A DNA stretch of 64,000 bases from Candidatus Termititenax sp. (GTDB lineage: Bacteria; Margulisbacteria; Riflemargulisbacteria; GWF2-35-9; DYQY01), in the NCBI GenBank assembly GCA_020719045.1, contig DYQY01000001.1:58516-122515 (forward strand). Reading direction: 5' to 3'. Below, piece after piece: positions 28,201 to 39,600 of the stretch. Made by a program: the position numbers and the translations under genes. A model generated the notes under the pieces. The model had not been told where the DNA came from and did not search any database. It was given only the letters and a program-made list of their open reading frames with translations. Positions within the stretch are counted from its first letter, which is position 1. Each line of letters starts with the position of its first letter.

Positions 28201-30303
28201 CTTGATATTTTTAACGTTCAAGGCGAAGCTGATATTCAAAACTATGCAACAGAAAAAAATCCAGATAACGGACTAAAACCCATTGATAAATCGCTTAACG
28301 CCTATAAATTCTCAGTAGCCTCAGGTCCATCAGTTTTCAAAACCTCCTTTTTCCTGAATAAATACAATAACATTGATAAATCAAACAGAACCACAAACCT
28401 TGAAACCATTGGGCAATCTCTTGAGCTAAATAATGACCTTATTCTTTTTGAAAACAACTTAAGGCTGATTTCTGCATTTAAAGAAACAACTGAATTCCAA
28501 ACATCAAGCAACCAAAACACAAACAACTTAAATAACAGAAAATATGGCTTCGATCTTGGAGTAAGACCAATATCTTTCTTAAGACTAAACGGTAATTACT
28601 CGCAAGAAAACTTGGAAAAAAATAATTATGTAAGCACAACACTTAGTGCGACTAAAGAAGAAGCTCGAAATTATGGAACCAATCTTTCACTTACCCCACC
28701 CATAGAATTTCCCCTCTTTCAAAAACCAAACTATGGATTTGCATTACTAAATTCTGAAAAAAGGTCATTACTGTCAACCTATAAACCAGAAGCAAATAAA
28801 TCTATTGGAAACAACTTATCTTTTGGAATCTTTGACCTAAGCAACATTGCACTAAGAAACTCACTTGCTAACTCACTTCAAAGTGACGAAAAAATACTCA
28901 AAGACTCTTATCTGGAAGAATACTCCATAAGTGGGTTTACGGTATTAGGAAACATTTTACCAATCACCCTTAAACCTTTTTCAAGAAGATTTACTCGTTC
29001 TTCAGCATCAGATGGCATAGGCAACTCCTCTACCATAAGTAGCTCTGGAAGAAATTGGGGTGACTCAACCAAATATGGAATTAGCTGGTCTCCATTAAAA
29101 GAGTACAATGGCGGATTTGATTATACTCTCAACGAAAACTATTACTTATCTACTGAAAATAAAGCTATTGAAGTAATCCACTCATATCAAACCAAACCTA
29201 ACAGTTCCTTAGTATTATTTAATAATATTAACGCAGCCGACCTTCTTAAAACAAATCACACCTATCAGAACAATGAAGATAAAGAACAAAAATTTACCTA
29301 CTATAAAGCAACCTCTGATTTATCTATCACGAACATCACCACCTACAACAAAACAAGTCACCTATATTCTAATATCTTTAAAAACGTTTTACTTGAGAAG
29401 ATTCATCCTGTCTACTTTAACAACAGCTACGTTGATGATGACTTCATAGATACTGCAAAGGGTATAAAACTTAGAAAACAGGAAGATTACGAACTATATT
29501 CTGATTTTAAAGTTTTAAGCTCTCTCACACTTAAACCAAAAATTAATTATAGCCAAATAGATCAACATACTAGCATCTCAGATAACTATTCACTTGAGTC
29601 CATTAAATCATTGTATGATCAAAGAATTTATAATAACAAACTTATTTCTTCCTTAGGAGCAGCATATCCTGTTATTGAAAAAACCAATGTTCTTGCTAAT
29701 ATTGGCTACGACAATATTAAAGAAAATGTATATACAAAAAACTCGGGTGGCATATCTGAAAACCTAAAAGAGTTTGATGTTTACAGCCTCGGGGTAGGTG
29801 TAGATACAACCATTATTGATGGATTATTTTTAAAAGGAACTTATACTCTAAAAAACAGTTTAGACAAAAATGCTACTCAAAAAGCATTTAATGGTAGCCA
29901 AACAATCAGGATTGAAGGAACCTATAAACCTTCTACTCATTTTAATGTTTCTAACGTAGAAACTATTGGTGATATGTTAGTTGTTGTCTTAAACAAATCA
30001 ACAGTCGGGTTCTTTTTAGAACACAATAAAGGAACTGGTATCAATTCCTATACTGTTGAAGAAACCGAAAACTTAGTAGGAAAAACTGTTGAAACAAAAA
30101 TTGAAGAAATCGACAACCTAAGAATTAAAGGCTCCTTTGTTTCACAAGTTGAAGTTCCGCTAAAAGAGCAAAGTAGCGGGATGATAGAAAAGTTTGTCTT
30201 TTCATCTGACGCACATATTGTTATAAAAAATGACTACGCATCCACCTCTGGAATAAACTACTCAGTGCTTGGACTTATCTTTAGCGGAAAACTTATCTTC
30301 TAA
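25225..30303 (+). CDS. 1692-aa exported, predicted outer-membrane beta-barrel protein with SprA-like repeated beta-domains
   Basis: Signal peptide, five copies of P(I/V)xxxSxxV..DYxIxYxxGxIxF, aromatic/Asn-rich beta-strand pattern, C-terminal Phe (GKLIF). Confidence 0.6.
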   Translation: MFQRYIAYLLLIFSCLLFGVSDSFVVSQNDDLSSDELQNIISLIPTENLQEISFLIPSENPNTDTTNLNISTESIPTQNIEPLLPPLPPPKVIFTNELFKPKEIQKTNRLLVITDNRSYLESKKKKEPSPDVDDEWKDFKWEQWEEAKDPLAAFKSPPYVDGFGEIKVYSLQVNADNKNRAYALNDEVYKFLTSKVKEVAFQIDYRFNLLIQAKISEEAEVYYNVSQEPDLPQKTDVSLKVRQTWVRFGYTEKRFVVGSFTDVSKKIDGVSVEGTEGPFTYNFAFGSEKSKSDVFTRQGNGGDEYELRNKPVLEKSVQVWVNDRLQTINKDYTVNYFEGKVIFATIKTSAETLKFSYQYTNPIEEFIPIASNVNLIGINAKYDNKNKQTIIKKLGSYTETFASLPAENEIRVFSYPIELNSEKIYANNTELQKNVDYYIQYSSGEIFFHNKNISNIKISYMSPETKLHQEKLQGNGEKIAFNIKNTPILNNSEVVSLQGNILEKNKDYKIENEKGMLILKYPIASNETVSISYRQLQFETKTFSSATDADFNINFAYIRQFAKSQDDINSKLTSERITSSTNFSSTVTINLKNWPIVNSSVSLLLNNSTITADSISLDYYTGFMTINASALNTATGTLQINYSYYKEFGPQQWNFSGSSRELENYIFYNNKIGYRIKSNLPHPMKYDPNSQYIKVEHKNNANIYKTLKRGYDYDILFNVDSVKEGQVYLILYHSHGVTVDSSSELVSYGLPSSLGNDDLFKITYYYTNSNIPDSGEIINEQFAVVYNQQFDQNFGYSVEVARSHKEYSKSTKTTTDVLAGTGEFNKAYTLSATNIVENSEVVYLNENVAIRDINYYINYNTGQITFINLNPSATDYIRIEFSYFTKSSGGQVTKYDEAGSAIGIKANLKNTFHDTSTQLFFVDDNFSPVGTSQYRKGSNVFILGSKMRPSKELNINTELFTNNQKSTFQSISAGRYLGYSENKYKLGASYAPLDIFNVQGEADIQNYATEKNPDNGLKPIDKSLNAYKFSVASGPSVFKTSFFLNKYNNIDKSNRTTNLETIGQSLELNNDLILFENNLRLISAFKETTEFQTSSNQNTNNLNNRKYGFDLGVRPISFLRLNGNYSQENLEKNNYVSTTLSATKEEARNYGTNLSLTPPIEFPLFQKPNYGFALLNSEKRSLLSTYKPEANKSIGNNLSFGIFDLSNIALRNSLANSLQSDEKILKDSYLEEYSISGFTVLGNILPITLKPFSRRFTRSSASDGIGNSSTISSSGRNWGDSTKYGISWSPLKEYNGGFDYTLNENYYLSTENKAIEVIHSYQTKPNSSLVLFNNINAADLLKTNHTYQNNEDKEQKFTYYKATSDLSITNITTYNKTSHLYSNIFKNVLLEKIHPVYFNNSYVDDDFIDTAKGIKLRKQEDYELYSDFKVLSSLTLKPKINYSQIDQHTSISDNYSLESIKSLYDQRIYNNKLISSLGAAYPVIEKTNVLANIGYDNIKENVYTKNSGGISENLKEFDVYSLGVGVDTTIIDGLFLKGTYTLKNSLDKNATQKAFNGSQTIRIEGTYKPSTHFNVSNVETIGDMLVVVLNKSTVGFFLEHNKGTGINSYTVEETENLVGKTVETKIEEIDNLRIKGSFVSQVEVPLKEQSSGMIEKFVFSSDAHIVIKNDYASTSGINYSVLGLIFSGKLIF
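26149..27830 (+). repeat. Five protein-level repeats of about 35 aa within the 1692-aa protein
   Basis: NKPVLEKSVQVW..DYTVNYFEGKVIF; SYPIELNSEKIY..DYYIQYSSGEIFF; NTPILNNSEVV..DYKIENEKGMLIL; NWPIVNSSVS..LDYYTGFMTI; ATNIVENSEVV..NYYINYNTGQITF. Confidence 0.75.
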
Positions 30304-31421
30304 ATAGTTTCGCTAATCTGACTAAGCGGAATAATCATTACATAACCCAAAACAATTATTACTAGTGCTATTACAGCTATCGAAAAACTACTTATCAGAT
30401 TAGCCAATAATCCTTGTGTCTCTCTTTGTTTCTCCTCAGCTTCAATAATAAAGTTTTTATACAGACTCATCTTTCTCTCATTATCAGTTGCTAATACTGA
30501 TAGCACTCTTTGCTTATTTGGTATTACCTTAATCTCAAGTGCCTTTTCTAAAGATAGTCCCATTGTTAGTCTAGAAAAAATTGTTGATAAATAATAGACA
30601 TTTATCCCCTTCTTCTCCTGTTTTATGTATTCACTTATAAGCTCCTCCAGAGGCACACCAGTTTCTATAGCCATTAACGCAATCTGCCAAAAGTATGTCT
30701 GGAATTTTGCTTTATATAAATAATTTATTAACCTCGTTTCTGCCTTTACCTTCACCGGAACTAACTTGTAGGCAAAATAAACCATCAAGACCAATATTGC
30801 TAAAAAGGAAACTACTATCCACAAGTACTCTCTACTGATTATCCTTAACAAGAACGGTACTGCTTGTCCACTATCTTGAAAAAACAGCATAAAATTAGGA
30901 AGAATATTATATGAAACAAAAACTATCATTCCAAAACATGCCATCAATAAAACTGTCGGATAAGTTAGTCTGTTAACCAAATCTTTTGTATTTTTTACTC
31001 TTGCTCTTAGTATAACCACCATCTTTTCAAATAACTTCTGATTAATTGCTAATCTGTTCACTGTTAAAGAAGAAACTATCTCCTCACAAAACAAGTTTGA
31101 TTCTCTTAAAATCGTAGTAAAATCTTGTCCTCTTCTAAGTTCTGCCAAAACAAATTTACAAACATCCTTTATCTCTCTACTAGCAAACTTTTGATACTGC
31201 AAAAGTAGACTATAAATATTTTGTCCGTCTGAATAATAGAGTGCCAAAAACTCAAAAATCTCTAGCTGCTTAATAAGAGACAACTTACTTTTTAACTTTA
31301 TAAAGAAAACTTTCTTTATTATAAAACGCTCAATCTGATTCTGCGTAACCAGACTAAATCGCAATCCATTACGAGATAAATACAAAGCTCTAAATAGCAC
31401 CAAAATAAAACCTTTCTGCAT
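30300..31421 (-). CDS. Type II secretion F / PilC / ComGB family inner-membrane platform protein (start uncertain)
   Basis: Two cytoplasmic repeats (ELRRGQDFT; LTMGLSLEKAL), LTYP before TM1, three TM helices, MIIPL at the C-terminus. Confidence 0.7.
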   Translation of the reverse strand: MQKGFILVLFRALYLSRNGLRFSLVTQNQIERFIIKKVFFIKLKSKLSLIKQLEIFEFLALYYSDGQNIYSLLLQYQKFASREIKDVCKFVLAELRRGQDFTTILRESNLFCEEIVSSLTVNRLAINQKLFEKMVVILRARVKNTKDLVNRLTYPTVLLMACFGMIVFVSYNILPNFMLFFQDSGQAVPFLLRIISREYLWIVVSFLAILVLMVYFAYKLVPVKVKAETRLINYLYKAKFQTYFWQIALMAIETGVPLEELISEYIKQEKKGINVYYLSTIFSRLTMGLSLEKALEIKVIPNKQRVLSVLATDNERKMSLYKNFIIEAEEKQRETQGLLANLISSFSIAVIALVIIVLGYVMIIPLSQISETI

Positions 31422-32154
31422 TGTTAGTTGTTATGGTAACAACTTCAGTATAACTCATACCAAGCAGCTCTGACAAAAATTCAACCGTTGTCTTAAGATA
31501 TTCTGGCAAATTAGTTTTCCCTCTATATGGAACCGGAGCCAAGTATGGCCCATCAGACTCAACAAAAATCCTCTCCAGTGGGACCTTTTTTGCGATATCT
31601 CTTACGTTTTGTGCTCCCTTAAAGCTCATCATGCCATTAAATGAGAAAAAAGCCCCTAGTCTCAAATAATCATCAACCAAACCTACATCGCCAGTATAGG
31701 AGTGACAATGATACTTCCCTGGAAACTCTTTGATGATTTCTAAAACTTCTTTCTCTGCTGCTCTGGTATGTAAAACAACTGGTTTCTTACCATTTGCAAG
31801 CTCAAGCATCTTCGAAAATACTTTTCTCTGCTCATCTGGCTTACTAAACTCATAATAAAAATCCAGACCAACTTCTCCTACAGCAACACACTTAGGGTGC
31901 TGAAGTAACTTTGCCAGCTCTGCAGTATCATTAGTTTTGGCCTTATCTGCTTCATGAGGATGAATTCCAGCGCAAAAAAACACATCTTCATATTTCTCTG
32001 CAAGCTCTAAAGCAGCAAGACTATCCTTAAGGTCTACACCTAAAGTAATAAGCTTTTTAACACCTTCTTCTTTAGCTTTAAATAATAGGGATTCCAAACT
32101 TAATTCACGATACTTGCTGTCAGTAAGGTGAATGTGTGTGTCTACTAGATACAT
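31390..32154 (-). CDS. tatD: TatD family DNase
   Basis: DTHIHL, GIHPH, GEVGLD, LHTR, HSY and ESDGPYLAP. Confidence 0.93.
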   Translation of the reverse strand: MYLVDTHIHLTDSKYRELSLESLLFKAKEEGVKKLITLGVDLKDSLAALELAEKYEDVFFCAGIHPHEADKAKTNDTAELAKLLQHPKCVAVGEVGLDFYYEFSKPDEQRKVFSKMLELANGKKPVVLHTRAAEKEVLEIIKEFPGKYHCHSYTGDVGLVDDYLRLGAFFSFNGMMSFKGAQNVRDIAKKVPLERIFVESDGPYLAPVPYRGKTNLPEYLKTTVEFLSELLGMSYTEVVTITTNNAERFYFGAI

Positions 32155-33689
32155 TGCTTTCTTGGAAAAATCGGCTCTGGTTGATTTAGCATTCTGTCTT
32201 TAGTAAAGAATCCCCAAGTAAATGGATTTTGAAGCCTCTCTTCTTCTGATATATTTAATTGTTTGTAAAATAACGCTGTAACTGTAGGCATAAAAGGACT
32301 CAACCATGCTGTCACAATTCTTAGCGTTTCAATTAAATGAACCATCACTGTTGCTAGTTTCTCCATATTACCCTCTTTTTGCAATGTCCAAGGAGCCATC
32401 TCCTCAACAAACTTGTTAGCCCTTCTTATGACTGTAAAAATCTCCTCAAGCGCTATAGATAACTTAAAGGCATCGATCTTTGCAGGAATGCTGGATTCTA
32501 AGGCAATTACCATTTTCTTTAAACCCAACTCTTCCTCTGAAAATAAAGCATCGTTCGCTGATGGAACCTTAAGATCAAAGTACTTCTTTGTCATATTTAA
32601 AGTTCTATTTAGTAAGTTTCCATAATCATTAGCAAGGTCGCTATTGAATCTTTGCTTCATTGTTTCGTCTGTATAAGAACCATCTAACCCAAAAACCATT
32701 TCTCTTGATATATAGTATCTAAAAGGGTCTACACCGTATTCGTCAATAATAGCAAAAGGGTCTAATACATTACCCTTGGACTTTGACATCTTTTCTCCGC
32801 CTTGATAAATAAAGCCATGACCAAATACATGTTCTGGTACCTCTACTCCCATAGCCATTAACATTGCAGGCCATATTACCGCATGAAACTTGAGAATATC
32901 CTTACCTATTAAATGTACACTTGCTGGCCAATATCTTTCAAAAAAAGCATTATCTTTTTTATACTTAATGCCTGTTAAATAATTTAATAACGCATCAAAC
33001 CAAACATAAACGTAGTGTTTTTTTTCAGTATTCTCTAACTGTGGGAACTCTATTCCCCAGCTTATTGTTGTCCGACTAATACAAAGGTCTGTTAAGCCAC
33101 TTTCAACAAAACTAATAACTTCATTTTTTCTGCTTTCTGGTAATACAAAGTCTGGAACTTTCTTAATGTGGTCCAAAATCTTTTGTTGAAACTCAGATAA
33201 TCTAAAGAAATATGCTTCTTCTTGAAGCATTATTACTTCTCTTCCACAATCAGGGCATTTGCCATCCACTAATTGAGTTTCTGTAAAATATGCTTCACAA
33301 GGTCTACAATAAAGACCTTCATAGGAACCTAAATATATATAACCATTATCATATACTTGCTTTATTGTATCCTTAACAATTTCTTGATGCTCAATGTCTG
33401 TTGTTCTTATGAAACGATCATTAGAGATGTTTAGCTTTACCCAGAGTTCTTTAAACCTTAAGACAACACTATCAACTAATTCTTTTGGTGTTATTCCTTT
33501 TGCTTCAGCTGCTTTTTCTATTTTCTGACCATGCTCGTCTGTACCTGTTAGGAAAAAAACATCTTTACCTCTAAGCCTGTAGAACCTTGCTAAAATATCT
33601 GCAATTATTGTTGTGTAACAGTGGCCAATGTGGGGAATATCGTTAACATAATAAATAGGGGTCGTGATATAAACTGAATCCTTTACCAC
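32145..33689 (-). CDS. metG: Methionyl-tRNA synthetase (short form)
   Basis: YITTPIYYVN, HIGH, GTDEHG and KMSKS. Confidence 0.97.
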   Translation of the reverse strand: MVKDSVYITTPIYYVNDIPHIGHCYTTIIADILARFYRLRGKDVFFLTGTDEHGQKIEKAAEAKGITPKELVDSVVLRFKELWVKLNISNDRFIRTTDIEHQEIVKDTIKQVYDNGYIYLGSYEGLYCRPCEAYFTETQLVDGKCPDCGREVIMLQEEAYFFRLSEFQQKILDHIKKVPDFVLPESRKNEVISFVESGLTDLCISRTTISWGIEFPQLENTEKKHYVYVWFDALLNYLTGIKYKKDNAFFERYWPASVHLIGKDILKFHAVIWPAMLMAMGVEVPEHVFGHGFIYQGGEKMSKSKGNVLDPFAIIDEYGVDPFRYYISREMVFGLDGSYTDETMKQRFNSDLANDYGNLLNRTLNMTKKYFDLKVPSANDALFSEEELGLKKMVIALESSIPAKIDAFKLSIALEEIFTVIRRANKFVEEMAPWTLQKEGNMEKLATVMVHLIETLRIVTAWLSPFMPTVTALFYKQLNISEEERLQNPFTWGFFTKDRMLNQPEPIFPRKQCI

Positions 33690-36600
33690 TAATGGACAAC
33701 TCCTATCATTCTTACAATTTTAGTTGGCTTACCACTTGAGGCAAATGGTGCCGCCTCTATAACTGCAAAGTATCCACCTTTTGAAACAAATTGTCCAGAC
33801 TCATTCCTTCCGTCCCAATCAACTGAACAAAAGAATCCAGAGCCACTTGTTGCACCCTCTTTAGTAATTGCAGTGCTATCAAATCTTCTTACAAAATGCC
33901 CTAATGAATCATATATTGTTATACTTGCATCAATGTTTTGATTTAAAGAGAAAACTATTTTTGTAGTTTGAAATGCTGAATAAAAAGGATTTGGATAATT
34001 AGATACATTAAAAATAACTTCACTAGTATTAGTAGTCATAATCCTGTCACCTGAATCAAGATACTCGCTTGATGCTTTCGCTCCATTAACCGCCTTTACT
34101 CTATAGGCATACGGTGTATCATACAACACGCTCACATTGCTCCACTCACGATCATTTGCGTTTTTCGTTGCCACCTTCTGCCACACTAGTGACTGCCCTG
34201 CAAGCATCTCTACAATATAATAATCAATGACAGACTCTGCCTCAATAAACGGAGACCAAATCAAATCATGTCTATTTTCATCCCATTTAGCAATAACATG
34301 TAAACGATTATCATTTCCTACCCATGGAGGAGTAACGTCAGTATGAAATGCAAAGTCTCCTGTTATTGACCAATACTCTGTACCAGTTAATGTAGACTTA
34401 ACCTTTGCAGAAATATTGTAAGTTGTGTTATCAGCTAAAAACTTTAATGAATCAGTTATTGTAATACTTACTGTTGCTAACTGAATATCTTTACTGTTGG
34501 TTACATTATTTACTGAAACATACCCACTATAAATATCAGAACCACCAGATGTTGAACCTATTTTAACCAAGATAGTATCAACACCATTATTCTGAACATT
34601 AACTGATGTAGAATATCTAAAACTTATATTCCTGTGACTATTGATGTATGCATCCCCTGAAATAATAGGTCTAGTTGGTTGATAGTAACTCACAACCTGA
34701 ATCTTATTTGTTGTTACCTCTATCTCATTTAAAATTGTAGCATAAGCTTTCTCACCAGGAATTTGAAAACTAATGTTTCCTGATGCTGTTTCAGTGTTCA
34801 CAAACTTAATTTTATATGAAGCTTCTTTTCCAACATTACTTCCAATATATGGCCGAATAACTAATGCAAAATAATTTTCTGTTGCTAATATTCTTGGATT
34901 AGTTTGTGGATTTGAGCTATCTGCAAGCGTTATTCTTATTCTTTCTCCTGAAGGGGCTCTATCAATCTGAGTAACAGATACTTCCTCTGTATATGCGTAA
35001 TCATCATTCGCTTGAGAACCAGAATATCTATAAAGCTTAACCTCTACGTCACTATTAGCATTTGAATTTAATCTTAAGGTTCCTTGGTCTCTATATAAAT
35101 CTAAATAGTATAGTTTTGGATATTCTGCTGACCCTTTATAATCTAAGGATAATTTAAATTTAAGTAAATTTATGCTCTGATCTTGATAAACGTAACTCTC
35201 CGGATTTTTAAAGGTCTCAATCGAAACTTTTGAAACATAATAATCAGAATCAAAAGTAATTGTTCTAACTGGAAATTCTCCAGTATTTACCATCTTATCT
35301 CCACTCCTAAACTGAAAAGAGTCAGCGCTGACAATCTCAAATGAAAATTTCTTACCAGCACCTAATGTCTTATCTGTTTCAACCACAACATAAAACTCAG
35401 GATCTGTTGACCCAACATTAACTGGATAAGGAAATACAACATTAATTGTTGTTTGACTAATATTTAAAAACTTATCTGTTCCTGAACTCACAAGTAAATC
35501 ATCCACATCATACAGTTGATTTCCATTATCTTTATAAATAGCCACTCTTGTAATCTTAGTTGGATTAATATCTATTGAATAATTAAACTTCAATGTCAAA
35601 CCTGTCCAAAGAGCACCTTCAGCAGCTACTCCACCTGAACCAGCAGTTTCAGCAAGCCATGAACGCAACGCAAATTTCTTAGCAACAAAACTAACACCAG
35701 AATGAATTTCTCTGGTAACAATTAAAGACTCATCCTGTTCCTTTGGAATATAGGAAATATTTAACCTGGTTTTAGAAATATTAAAACTTGCAACAATCCC
35801 ATCCAGTGGTTGATTAGCCGGAGGAATAACAGACTCATAGTATAAAACATTAAACGCATCAACTGTCGCAAATCCAAAACCAATATACTCATTTTTTATA
35901 TCAGCACCAGAATACACATCTACAACCAAAAAGACCGTTGTGGTTGTCTGTGTGTCTACTATTTTCTCAGTAAACGATATATTCATAGTGTCTCCTACTC
36001 CTTGATAAGGCTTAGAAGCCATTAATAAATCTGTACTTTCACTAAATAATCCATCCTTGTCTTGATCATAGTATATATGAAACTTTTCAATTTTAGTTAC
36101 ATGCATATTATCAAGCTGTAAATTAACACCAGAAACATGAACATCTCTGCTGGATGCTTTTAGTTCAGCGTATATAACTGGTATTTTCTGCTTACCTACT
36201 TCTAAATTGTTAAAACTATATGCAGACACATGCTCACTTCTGCCTCTCGCAAAATAATCACCATAACTAAGAACCCTTAGTGGTCTTGCAAAAGGAGACC
36301 TTCCTATTAGCTGATTTCCTGCTAAATCCATAACATTAATACTAATATTCTTACCAATAGCCTGCTCTCTTGTATCAATAATACTTCTATCAACAGTTAC
36401 TCTATATAAATAATCATTACCCATTGTTCCAAGATAAGTCATATCTAGACTTCCCACGATGCTCCCATTCTCTGAAACTAACCAACAATTATGAGTTGTT
36501 GACAAATCTATTTGTTCGTTAAAAAACATTGTAACAACTATTGGATTTACTAAGTCTATATTGGTAGGTTGAATTACTGTCTCATAGGTAGGAGACTGGG

Positions 36601-39600
36601 AGTCATAAGTGATAAACCATCTAGCTGGCTCATCACATCTTGTTTGTGCATCAGCAACCCAAGCAATTATTTCTTTACGTCCTTGAGATGTGTCAGTAAG
36701 TATATGTTGTGCACTAAAACTTGCTACATATTCACCAGCAACGTCTGGCCATATATTATACTGATCCCATCTAGGGTTACCATAGTAATTATCAAATATA
36801 TAATATTTTCGATAGTCGTCACTGATAATGTTTCTACTTAATACATAGTTTATTGTTAAACTATTAGTATAATTACCATTTCCCCTATTAGAATAAACCT
36901 CAAACCTTGGAGTTGCTGGTATTGTTGAGTCAATAACAAAAGAACCACCAAGCGCTACAGATGTCGTTATATTCTTTGCTTCGTCTGTAACAATTACTTC
37001 AAAAATAGCATTATAGGTGGATTTTTCCTCTCCCAATAAATTAAACAAATTGTAAGTTGCCATCCAGTACGCTTTATATGCTGAACTATTCTCATTTGTG
37101 GCATCCCACCTATCTGAACTAATTAAAAATGGCACTAATATACTAACTGTTATAGGAGTAATAAAATCGTTTGCTGGATAAATCACAAGTCTCCAACTTG
37201 GTGTTACTGCTGCTCTTTCATAATAATTAATATCTTCTCCACTAAACGTCGTATTATGAGTAATTTCCATCTGTGCTCGATACAATATCTTTGATAGCTT
37301 CAGCCCTTCATATTGAACCTTTGTATCATCTGGTCTAATCATAACTTTTGGCTCAGACTGATCTAAAACAATACTACAAGTAACAGCCTCCATTGTATTG
37401 ATGCCTTTATCATTTATTACCCACAAATGTAACGTTCTTAAACCGTTAATAGAATATACATCTCCTTTTGGGAAAATATAGAGAATTAAATATTTTCTAG
37501 CACCATTAACAACTACATAGCTTTCAGTTGCAAGTGATTGCCAAGTTCTTCCAGCAGCTATTGCATAATTTACAGAAGAAGCATCTTCTCCCTCAAGAAT
37601 TAAATACTGATTTATACTAGTTCCAACAATAAAAGAAATACTTACAACATCAGCATTTGTTAAATCATTTCTTCCAGTTTCAATATCTTGCACATTAAAA
37701 GACTGAGGAAAAGGTACTTGCTCTGCTCCTAATTTAAAGAAATTACTATAACCATTGAACGTTGTTGCAATATTACCTGCGTCATCAACGAGTAGCACGC
37801 TGAAATGATGAACCCCATCATTCAAAACACCATTCATTGTTACAGAATACTCCCACGACCTTCCAAGCCCTCCAGTACAATTAATTGTAACAAGCTCACT
37901 TGCCCCGCCACTTATTGTATATCTCACAAACGGCGTAACAACTATTTCCTCTGAAACATCTAATGTAATATATAGAATATCCTGACTATTTATAAAAGGC
38001 ATAACATCATTACCAGACTGAGATCTCATTATTATATCTACAACTGGCCTAACTATATCAACTTTAATACCTCTTGTTGCCACGGTGCTGTTCCCAGCAT
38101 TATCCCAAACCTTAACATAACAATCAATTGTTGAATGGTTATTAGCCGAAACCAGTACCTGTGTAGCCACTAATACCATATCCAAGGTTGCGCTATACTC
38201 CGTTTGACCTGTCGATGCTTTTACTCGAACACTCTTAGATGGAAAACCACCAGCATCCACTGCAGTCCAAGTTAAAACAACATTTTCTGTGTTTAGCCAT
38301 CCACTTAACGGAAATGTTTTACTATATTCTTGGTTAAAAACTGAATAAATTGTCCCCTCAAGTTCAATCTGAGGTGATACAAATAATGAAGCCACAGGAG
38401 TTTCAACATCCACTTTTAATGGTACTGACTTAGTCGCTAAGTTACCTGCTCTATCTCTCACCTGAATATAAACATTCTGTGTTGCAAAATTATTTGGACT
38501 TACATATATTCCAGAATAACTTAATTCATATTGGAAGCTACTCCACACATCAACACCATCTGAACGAACCCTGTAAGGATTGTTGTGTAAGCTTCCTGCT
38601 CCATCATTTGTCTGATCCCAATTAAGATTAATTGTTGGGGTTGCATGCCAACCAGATTGTGGCCATATACCATCCTCCCCTGAATCAGAATCTGCTAGTA
38701 TTCTTGCTTCAAAATTAATTGCTGGAGCATCTGTATCAACATAAACATTTGTATTACTTAAAATAATATTACCAGCTCTATCAGAAATTGCTCCCACGAT
38801 ACTTCGTTGAAGTGCACCCGCATTTGCTATAAATAAAGTGGCATTTTGTGAGTTAATTGTACCGTTGGTAAAATACGTATCTGCTTCTCCCTTTAAAAAA
38901 TATCCATCAGTTCTAACATCAAATGTGTCAGCAACGGTTAATCCTGGTGCTACATAAAAAGAAAATGAAACAATATTCCTATTATACCAACCTGCATCAG
39001 GCGTCACCTGAAGACCAGCAACATAATTACATGTTATCAGCCTCAAAGTGAAAGAACCTAAAGGAGGCACCGAGTCAACGGTTACAAGCATACTCTTTGT
39101 TAATATGTTTCCTGCTCTATCTATATATCTAGTCTGGATAACATTTACTGTGTTAGAGCTAACTGGTAAATTTGTTATATATAGGTTAGATGTTGGTTCA
39201 CCCCAAGGATTATCATTTACCTTGAACTGAAACGGCCTGTTCCTTGCTGTTGGATCAGCCTGACTAAACATAATCATAAAAGTAATTTCAGGATTATCAT
39301 AATATCCCAATTCAGGATCTAATCCATCATTATTTGAGTCTGAGTCATACGACAAGTCAACCTGAAAATCATTTGGTGCAACTATATCAGAATATACGCT
39401 GTCATTAATTTCAGTAAAATTACCGGCTTTATCTACTAATAGCGCCTTAAAATTAATTGGTGTAGCATCGTTAGCGATTAAACTGACATTATTGAAACTA
39501 ATATTTTGTTCCAAAACGGATTGTATCGTTGGAACCACCGATTGGCCAATATACAACATTACCCTATGAAGTAAACCATTCTCTACCACAGAATCCCAAG

